A stretch of DNA of 64,000 bases from the human T2T-CHM13v2.0 reference genome, Homo sapiens: the NCBI RefSeq assembly GCF_009914755.1, contig NC_060945.1. One strand, written 5' to 3'. The notes below the pieces were generated by a model. The model was not told where the DNA came from, did not search any database, and worked only from the letters and a program-made list of their open reading frames with translations. Positions 53,553 to 64,000 of this stretch are shown here, in pieces (the first letter of the stretch is position 1; every line of letters begins with the position of its first letter). The position numbers were made by a program, and so were the translations under genes.

Positions 53553-56500
53553 AGAGCATGTCAGAGAGGTGCTACACAGCTATTATCATCTCAGACATTG
53601 TATTGTTTACTGCTCTGATGTACATTTTTTTTCTTCAAATTCTCAGGAACAAAAAGTATTCACAGGAACAAAGCCATAAATACAAGTTATTTAGGCAATA
53701 TTTTTCCTGCACCATACCCTCTGCTGAGCTGGTTAGAGCTAGACTAAACTATATATTTTCTATCTCAGGGAATGTGGATAGGTTTCTTCTCAAATGTGGA
53801 ATGTGAGGAAACATGAGCAATCGCCACCATTCTGTCCACACGTTAACTAGATTCGTATGGTGGGTTTTGCTTGTTTGTTTGTTTCATGCTATCTAGAATA
53901 GGTTTATTTTCTGGTAGCAAAATTATCTTGATTTGATTCAGAGAAACAAAACTTACAAGGCTTTACTCTGGTATGAGTTTGAAGATACTGGTCGCCACCA
54001 CAGGGAGTCTGAGGATGAAATAGACATAGAGGAAGCAGATCAATAGACCATGCATTGTGCACAGCTGAAATCAAGTTCTACCTGAAGCCAATGCTATCCC
54101 TGGACTTCTCGGTTATCTACACCAAAAAATTCCCCTTTTGCTTAAGCCAGATTGATTTGAGCTTTTTATCTTTTTCAAGTAAAAGGGCACTACATGTATT
54201 AAAATTAACTTCTGGAATGTTGTATTAGAAACTCTTGAACCTAGAATGTGAAATTTCTGAGAAGAGGAGATAAGTCACCAAAGGTTTCTGGTCAACGTCT
54301 AAAATAATTATCAGGGCTCCTGACATACACCAAAATGAAGTGGGCTTCAAAAAAGGTGCAGCTCCCTGAAAGGACATCATCCTCAGTACCCAGCTCTTAA
54401 GTAGGACAATACTCAAGGGGGGATCCTTCCACAGACGAGAACCAGGAGCTATGGGGAAATAAATGGAAATGGGCAATGATTTAAGAGGTCAGAGCCAAGG
54501 TCAGCCACATTGGACTTTGTCTGGCCAGAGCAGTGAGTCATTGCTTTTCCTGCCCATGGGATAGGTGTGTACTATGAAGTAGGATTCATTGTGCATTGTT
54601 TTCCACTCCCCCTCATCCTTTCTATATGTGTTTTGGTTATAGGTACTGGGTCCTTCCTCCCCATTGCACAGTGGGTATGTAGGGATGGTTAAACTTACTA
54701 GCCATGGATCAGTGAACCATGGGGACCTGTATCCTAATCTCACTGGGTGCACATCCCTCAGAGAGTTTAGACTTGAAGATGGATACATTAATTAAATGAG
54801 ACCTTGAACTGTCTCCCTTTGAGGTTTTACATTTTGGACAAAACAAAGATAATACACGGAGGTTTCATCTGTTGTCCTTGACACTCATTATCTATTCTCT
54901 GTTTTTGGAACACAGTGTGCTGACTTCCCCACATTCAGCTTATGTGCTTAGCATGAGGCTAACTCTCTCTCAATCTACGAGGGTTTGGTGTACGACCAAG
55001 GTTAAGTCAACCTGCTTGTTTCACTGCCTGGTCATCGTGTTTGGGTTCATGTCAGGGATATAAGCCAAGTCTGTGCAATCAGAACAATGAGGCACAATTC
55101 TGGGACTATTGAATGGGGAAGCAAACTCTCTCTTTTGTGCTGCTGGGGGCCTAAATCTGGCTCACCTATAAATGGAGCCAACTCAGAAGCAAAACCAAGA
55201 AATGAATCTGTTGACATCATTTGAACAAGGAATCAAGCTCTTATCTAAACAACTTGCTCTCTCTCTTCAAACAAATATAACTCTAGATATATGTCATACA
55301 TTACTTAAGTCTTTTTGATGTAAGTTGCCAGTCACCTCCAAAGGTAAAAGTATTCCAACAAATATAAGTCTCTTATCCTATGGGAGTAAATTTTATTGGG
55401 ATAAGTAAGATAATGAAGTATTGTTGAACAAAAAAAACTCTCTAACCTGCTTTTCTAACTGCTGTTATTCTTTGTAGTAGGAAATCTTAGTAGCTGCATC
55501 TGTCAAGATTTTTCACTGGTGAGGGCTTCACCTGTTCCAGCTCCTGATAAGATTGACTCCCAGCCACTCTTCTTCATCACTTTCACTAGATGACAGTTTA
55601 TGACAGGCCTTCTAGAAGTAGGTGCTACCATACTAAAGGCTCTTTGCAGGAAATAATCTCTTTGGGTTTGTTTTTTAACCTGTAAGTTGTTCACTAAGAA
55701 TGTTAAGAAAGGAAGTTTTAATTATTCTTAGAATTTTACAGCTGGGGATTATTTAGCACTTATCTAATAATCCAGTTAATGATTTACAGATGAGGTTCAT
55801 TGAAAAAACATAAAAGGGGTATATCAATGAAGATGATGTTCAACTATAAATAATAAAGGCCCGGCGTGTAGTAAGCTAAACAAGAGAAAAGTTAACTTTT
55901 TACCATCTGGATAGAATATGAAGACCTACAGTTTTGGTGGAGACTGCTTTTTGATTACAAGTAAGCATTCTACCCTACTGTCTTTAAAAAGTTCTTGGAC
56001 ACAGGAACTGATTGTCCAGTTGTACTACACTGCTTAGCTTCCCCAGCATTCAAGTGTGATCAAGAAGACTATGACATTCCCAAAATGATTTGAGCAGAAG
56101 TGATGGATGCTTTCGGTCATTAATTATGTGCTTTGATGTTCTCCTTGCTTCCTATTGGCTTCAAATGATAAAGGCTAAAGCAATCTAGAAGCCATGCATT
56201 GAGGATGGCAGTGTGCTCAGCCAGTCTGATTCTCTGGCTGATTTTGAGAAGCACAGTCTGCCTTTCCTAACTTGTTTGAACCATCATGTCAAGGGACTCT
56301 TTTTTTTTTCCACAGAAGCATGACCTTTACTATAATTAATAGTGTAATATTAATTACCTTCAATTGTAAAACCTTTTACAAAACTTTTACAAAGGTTTTA
56401 GAATTGTGAAACCTTCAATTCTGTTTCTCTACTTTTCTTAGTTTCCATCAAAGACATTTCATGATCCAAAATGCCTACAGAAGTGCCTGCCATTATATGC

Positions 56501-57253
56501 ACATCTTGAGTAGCAGGAAGATGAAGGGACAAATACAAAAGAAATGATGCTTTTTAAAGAGACTTCCCAAAAGTACCTTGCTACACTTCAGTTTACATAT
56601 TATTGGCAAGAGCATAGTCACTTGGCCTTATTTAGCTGCAAGGGAATACATCTTTAACTGGGTGGCAAGATGCCCAGCTATAAAAATCAGAGTTGTTTTA
56701 CTAAGAGAGAGGGTGTGTATGGGGAATAAAGTGGCATTTTCTTTTGTAGAGAGGAAATCAGTCTTTAATTTCTTATCAAAAGGAAAAATTTTTAAAAAGC
56801 AGCAATGAAGTTCATTATAGACATGTCAGAAATGGAAATTTTTTTCAATCTGCACCATCACAGGGCCAAGATAAAGTTTTTAGAATCTTCATTAAAATTT
56901 ATACTTCTGGGAGTCATAAGCGCCAGTTTCATTTCCAACGTGTGCAATATTATAAAGTGGACCTGAACAGGCTGTAAAGTGGTTAGGATGTCACTTGGGC
57001 CAAATGAAAGCTTTGAGCTTCTCCACATGGACAATGAAAATGAGAGGTGTTTACAAGAGACTTTTGGGTTTTGTTTGACCTTAGTGAAGGGGAGTATGCA
57101 ACCAAGACCATCACACAGAGCCATCCACCCTGCTTACAGTATTTTGTCTTGTTCTATGAGGATATATCCATGTCAAAATTTTGGCTCAGGTTATGTCCAG
57201 TTTTCTTAACCTCTTTCTTCTTCCTTAAGACCTTCTCTGGGGACTTTTCTTGA

Positions 57254-57648
<395 letters not shown>

Positions 57649-57818
57649 GATCACAAATTCTTAAGTGTGGCTTGTACACTCATCAGTTTTTTGCAGGTAA
57701 GGGAATATTTTGATTTATTCTTCTACTAACATGACTTCTTATCTCTCATCATAAAAGGCAGAAGCATCGTAATTTTTTCATTTTAACTAGAACATTTAAA
57801 TTTAAATAAAAAGTTTAA

Positions 57819-58265
<447 letters not shown>

Positions 58266-59619
58266 AACAGTTTTTCATGGATAGAGCTCCTGCAGGTGTT
58301 CCTCCAGCACTTTGCATTTTTCATCTCATTTAATCTTCACAAGAACCTCACAAAGCATATATTATTTAATCTATTTTATGGATAAGAAAACTGAGAATCA
58401 GAAAAAATGGATACTGAGATAAATCCTGTGTTACTGAAGTCTGATGTGCTCCTACCTGTGTTTTTCGAGGCAGTAAGATGGCTTACACTGCTCTGTCCTG
58501 CCAAGTCCCTCTGGAATCCCTCTGGCTGTCCAGCTGTCCCTCTCAGCCCATGGCAACTCAGAGTGCAAAGCCATTGTTAATACCTAGTCTTTAATTTTAT
58601 GTTACTGCAGATTTTAAACTCAGTTCCACTCCACTCCAGCCCACACATTACAGTCATCCTTTTTCCGACAAAGGAGTAAGTAAAGAGCATTCTTACCTGA
58701 TTGCACCACCTCCCACCCCATGAGGTGCAAACCTCCTGGGCACAGCAGAGACAAACTATTCAGATAAGTAAAGGGTAGCAGGCAACCACACTATTCTGTT
58801 TCCCAGGGCTACTTTCCATCCCATGCTGATGCCATAGTCTAGAGCTGTCCTGGTAGGAGTATAAATTTTACTACCCCTTGGAGCTGCCATGAGAGCTTGT
58901 TAAACAAGACAGGAATTAACATTTTTTATTCACTATGTCCTCCCTTTGGAAATGCTTTATGGCTGGCTTAGGCATTTTCCCTAGCAACCCATTCTCTATT
59001 TTAGGGAAATGGAAATAAAATGCCTGACATTTACTTCATAGAGCAATTCAGAATAATATTAAGGAAAATTTGGAGCCATTTCTCAAACTAGTTGGAAGGA
59101 GCATGGAATGGACATAGTTCTCCACTGAGGGATCCTAATGCATGCTTTATCCTGACATTGGTAGAAGAGTAACATGTGGCCACATTCTGTATTCCTCTAA
59201 GCAGAGATATCAAAAGGAGATAATCTGGAGAAGAAGAGAAAAAAACTAGTTAACATATAGCAAGAACACACATATTCTCTACTGATGATAAACCTAATTT
59301 TTCTTAGGCCTTCGTCAACACTGGCCTGGTTTGGCTACCTTTTCTGGTGGTCTGAGAAACCCTTGACGTTCAAATGACAACACTTTTCCTGGATAGAAAA
59401 GAGAGAAAGCAGCTCAGGATATTTTGAGTCAACTTAATTTATAAATTTGCAATAATACTACGATTTTCTATTTTATTCAAGTGCAAAAATATTTCAAATT
59501 TTTTTTAAATTAAAGACTTAGAAAAATGAATGAGAGTTATCTAGACAGTATTCAGTAGATCACATATCAGGCTACTTTATGGCATTTAATAACCATTAGA
59601 TGGAAATAAACAACTTAAC

Positions 59620-60120
59620 ATCCCTACTTAGATACTTCATAGGCATTGCAAACATAATATGTCCAAAATCCAACTCATGACCTGCCCCACCATGTCTGCT
59701 ATCCCCATTTCTGCCTCATTCCCTGCCATTGGTCTGGTTGTAGACCCAGAAAACTGGAAATCTCCCTTGATATCCTCCTCTTTCCCATTCCTGGTATTTA
59801 AGCCATCATCAAGTTCTTTAATTTGAACTTCAAAACTCTCCTGGAATTTATATACTTTCATCATTTCCACAGGCCAGCCATAGGCGAAGGTGGTCACCTA
59901 GACTTCTATAGCATTCTGACTTTCTCTAGCCGTATTTTAAATGGATTATCCATACCACTGTCAAAATAACCTTTGAAAAATACAATTCTGGTTGTGTATT
60001 TTCTTTGCTTAAAATGCATCAAAGATTCTCACTACTGTTGGGACAAATGTGAAAGTCTTGTCCCAGCCGTATGGCCCAGAAAGTCATGAAGACCTCACTT
60101 ATCCCCAAAGCCTTCTCTTA
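59620..60120 (+). mobile_element. L2 fragment
   Basis: tcataggcattgcaaacataatatgtccaaaatccaactc...aaaactggaaatctcccttga... Confidence 0.7.
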
Positions 60121-61463
60121 AGCCAGTTTCCTATTGGTTTCTTAGAGTGTTGCTTTTGTGTCTCTCTTTGTGTGTGTGCTTGAGTGTACACTAGTGTGTT
60201 TCTGTACTTTATAGACTTGCCATAGTAGGGATACAGAATTATTATTTTTCTTTTTACTCTAGATCTGTGTTTTGCCTTACTGGTTTGTGCCTCAATTCCA
60301 GAGAAGCCTTAACGTCACTGAGAGTTAACAATCGCTTGACACCAATCTGATTAACAATCACTCCCTGGCGCCCCACCAAGATCCTGCAGGTCAATGATCC
60401 AGCAGCACCACAGTCCAGCCAAGCGGCACACAAGTCATTTTAGCTTCCTCTGTCCAGGGTACACCCTCCTAAGAAGCAACCTTTTTGCCTAGAGTGTTGG
60501 CTTCAGGAAAGTCTTATTAGTCATTGCAGTTGCAATTCCTGGGCTGGTTCTTGTTCCTGGGTGCTGAGGGCTGTTTCTCAAGTGTAATGGCCTTCAACCT
60601 GTTAAGGAATTCCCCTCCCCCCTTTTTAATATCCTGTCATAAGATTAATAGTTCAAACGTGATGCCACATGCAAACAGCCTGATAAGATCTTACTTAATG
60701 AAAAGCAAGCAGAGACTTTCTTCTGTGAACATATGTCTTTTGAGAAATTCAAAGCAAATTGGAGATAACATGTAAAATATCTCAGGAAAAGAAAAAGTTC
60801 TAAATGAGAACATTTATCATCATCATAGATTCATGTGGGCTGTCAAGACACAATAAAGATTTTAACTCATTTTGTCTCAGGCAGCCTTTTCCACGAGGAC
60901 TTTCATTAACAATACTCCCTGCTTGACCTGTTTCTGCTCAGCCACATCTCCCACTGTGGAGGACAGGGTGTGAAATATATCTTTTCAAATGGATGTCATT
61001 GATTTTAATATACCTTTAATAATATTGCTGCTCAGTGTTTTAATTACTCATACTTATTGGTACTTCCGCCCTCAGGTGATTTTATCTAATAAATCTGATA
61101 AGTACAGTAGACTCTGATACTCGGATATTAGATGAATAGCTCATGCTGTGGGGAGACCATTTCCTCTGTGGTGGACTCAGACATGGGTCAAAGGTGTGCG
61201 CTAAAGAGCCCAGAGAAGGGGAAGGCTTTTACATGCTCGGCAACAGCCGGACATTCTTCTCTACTCCAGGCAGCCACACCAGGAGAATCCTTGACAGTGC
61301 TGTTTGAATGAGTGCTTCATTTTGCAATCTCTGCCCAGTCTACCCTAATCACAATGTAACACTCCTTCTTTGTGCTTTGCTGGCATTTAGTGCTTATCAT
61401 TAGTATTCAGCTTTTCATATTTTATTCCAGTTAATCACATGTGTATGCATTTTTGTCTACTGT

Positions 61464-61905
61464 TGTGGGTTGAAGTGAGTTCCCCTAAAGTTCATATTTT
61501 GGGATTAACCCCCAGTACCTCAGAATATGACCTTATTTGGAAACAGGGATGTTGCAGATGTAATTAGTTAAGATGAGGTCATACTGGTGTAAGGTGGGCC
61601 CTGAATGGGGAAATTTGGACACAGATGCTCATACAGAGAAGACATTGTGAAGACTCAGGGTGCAGGGAGAACACTGTCTGCAAGCCAGAGAGTGCCTGAG
61701 GCTACAGGCACTGAGGTTATAGCCTGAGAGTACCAGAAGCTACAAGAGGCCTGCAACAGATTCTCCCTCACAGCTTTTAGAAGAAACCAACCCAACCAAC
61801 ACCTTGATTTTGGTTTCAGACTTTAAACCATCGAAACTATGAGACAATACATTTATGTTGTTCTAAGTCATGCATTTGGTTACGGCAGCCCTAGGAAAAA
61901 ATAAA
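61464..61905 (+). mobile_element. MaLR solo LTR (MLT1B/C-like)
   Basis: tgtgggttgaagtg...cccagtacctcagaatatgaccttatttggaaacaggg...ttacggcagccctaggaaa. Confidence 0.85.
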
Positions 61906-64000
61906 CCCACTAAAGTATAGCTTCCTGATAGGCAAACATCTCATTTTACTCACCTTTGTGTACCTGAAATAGGGTCAACATAAGGTGGTTGGTTACTCAA
62001 TAAACGTTTATGGAACTTTATTATATGAGTGGTGAAGAATGAAGATGCAAAAAGTTAATTTGTTGGAGAGTAAGGAAGATGGTAAGATGATGTATTCTTC
62101 CATTGCTTGGAAAGATGGGTTAGGAGGAAATGATGACCCAAAGAGTATATATTTTAGCAGGGATGGGCCAAGAAAGGTGGTTCAGATCTAAAGCCATAAG
62201 TAGCAAGCATTTATCTGAACATACCCCTATGGGGTGCTGGGAAACATGAGGAAGGCTGGCAAATGGGCTCAAAGACATCATACAAGACTGAGGGTTAGGA
62301 CCCAGTCTGCATTTACTTAGCCCACGTTACAATGGGACAACAAACTCAAAAACACAGTGGAATGCCTTGAGGAAAAGCTCAGTTCTTGCAAAAAACTGGA
62401 ATGCAAATTACAAGCGGGACTATGGGACACAGAAAAAATTACTATCAAGCAACTGGAATTCCTCTGAAAGTCTCACATGTTTGAGACAAACAGGGAATAC
62501 CTAGGAATTGTACCTGAAATTAACAGCCCTGGTGCTAAAGCCTTGGGGGACTGTTTAAGGACAGATCTGTCTCGAGATGGTCTTTAAAGAGTACTAGGTT
62601 TTATGTAGGATTATAGTACACTTGGCTACAGTCTGGGATAAAGTAACCTGACACAGTACATCTATTTTTGGTATCAGTTCACATCTAATTGAAGTGAATA
62701 ACTACAACTGTAAACCAGTGACTGGCTCAAGCAGAAACTGCAAAGTGGTTGCTGTTACTCTGCAAGCAGCTCATGAGGTTCTCTTCTAGGCCTATACATT
62801 TGGCCCACATTCCATTTTTTATGTTTGAATTAGTTGCCAAAAATCACCATTTGGAGGAGCATTGTTCAAGGTGTGGCTTCATTCCTCCATGACTCTGTCT
62901 TGGCCCATGCTACCTGTTATGTTCCTGATCCTGAATTTAAAGGATGGCAGGGAGCAAAAAGATGAAACCCCTCTAGTTTTCAAAAATTCTTTTAAAAGTA
63001 GGATATAGAATGATGTTGGCCTAAATTGTTTTAATTTACATATATCTAAATGCAAATTCTAGGATTGGATTCTAGAGAAAAATCATAGCTGTCCTACTTG
63101 TAACAAACATTTGCAGTGTAAAAATGTCTAGATGAAAATAAAGCGTAACTAAGCCAGATGGATGGGGAAGTGATATAACTAATAAGAGTTTAAATAAAGT
63201 AATTGGTTTTATGATTTTGTAAGTAGAAAGTGAGAATCATAGAAAACTTAAAAATATATGAAATTATAAAGAAAAAAAAATCACCCACGATTCTACTACC
63301 TGAAGACAACTGTTGGGATTTTCTTGTGTCTTTTCTCTATGTGGAATGTCACATTCCTTCTGTTTTTAAATCAAATTAAATTGTAGTCCTCACCAGCTGA
63401 GTTGGAGGAAAATCCCAGTAATTATTAACTCCTATCTTGGATGGAGATTGGGTAGGCAGGGTGTCTTTCAAAAGAGTCGTGTGTGGTTTTCTGCAGTTGA
63501 ATTCTGAAAAAGAGTGTGGTTCTCCATTCCACACTGGCCACCACAGTTCTCCAACTTTTTTAAGCCAGGTGTAGGAACCTTTGATATGGGCTCCCAGTCC
63601 ATGAGTTTTAATATTCTACCATTTTTCCCCCAAACCTATGAAAGGGCACCACACAATTGCACTATTCCTCCAAAAGTTCTATTACTAGTAGGCTGGCTGT
63701 CACCATGTAGAAGGAAACTGAGGGGGAAAAAGAGTCTCAACCACTTCCCAGTGATGGGAGAAGCTCCTCATCTCTCCATTGCTAATTCCCCTGTTTCTGC
63801 TTTTTCACTCTAGAAACACTTGCCTCTCAGCCATCCCTCCATATCCCCACTTAGCACAACCTTTTCTAGGAAGCTGGGGTGGAGGTGAGCATGGCATCTG
63901 TGGAGTGTCAGGAAACTTCTGCTTTGGACCTTCCCATTATTATTATGCCTATAACAATTTTATTAATATAATTTTATTATAGGCATAATACAATTTTAAA

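Noticed and set aside
60355-60385. CTCF site (also considered at ~53990-54010)
   Set aside because: Only partial matches to the core motif, too weak to call by eye.

Overview
Primate genomic DNA, almost certainly human: AT-rich, dense in Alu, L1 and ERV-LTR repeats, and carrying a near-consensus AluY with the Yc1-type G148A substitution. I find no supportable protein-coding gene; the ORF track is Alu, L1, LTR or microsatellite read-through, or chance. About half the window is recognisable interspersed repeat: an old L1PA/PB-type element in an L2 (533-5073), a nested L1M complex (about 39.5-49.9 kb), solo ERV1/ERVL/MaLR LTRs, 14 Alu-family elements, and MER/Tigger DNA transposon fossils. I did not find a new biological system. 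The most interesting signals are (1) several locally templated insertions and duplications, most clearly a ~90-bp L2 segment copied 2.6 kb upstream into an LTR1-type LTR; (2) a 22-bp minisatellite born inside L1M ORF1; (3) two very young Alu insertions; (4) a candidate minus-strand terminal exon at ~24 kb with possible upstream exons, suggesting an unidentified lncRNA or alternative last exon; and (5) several CpG-retaining, motif-dense candidate enhancers. Repeat subfamily names come from recalled consensus sequences and need RepeatMasker/Dfam confirmation.
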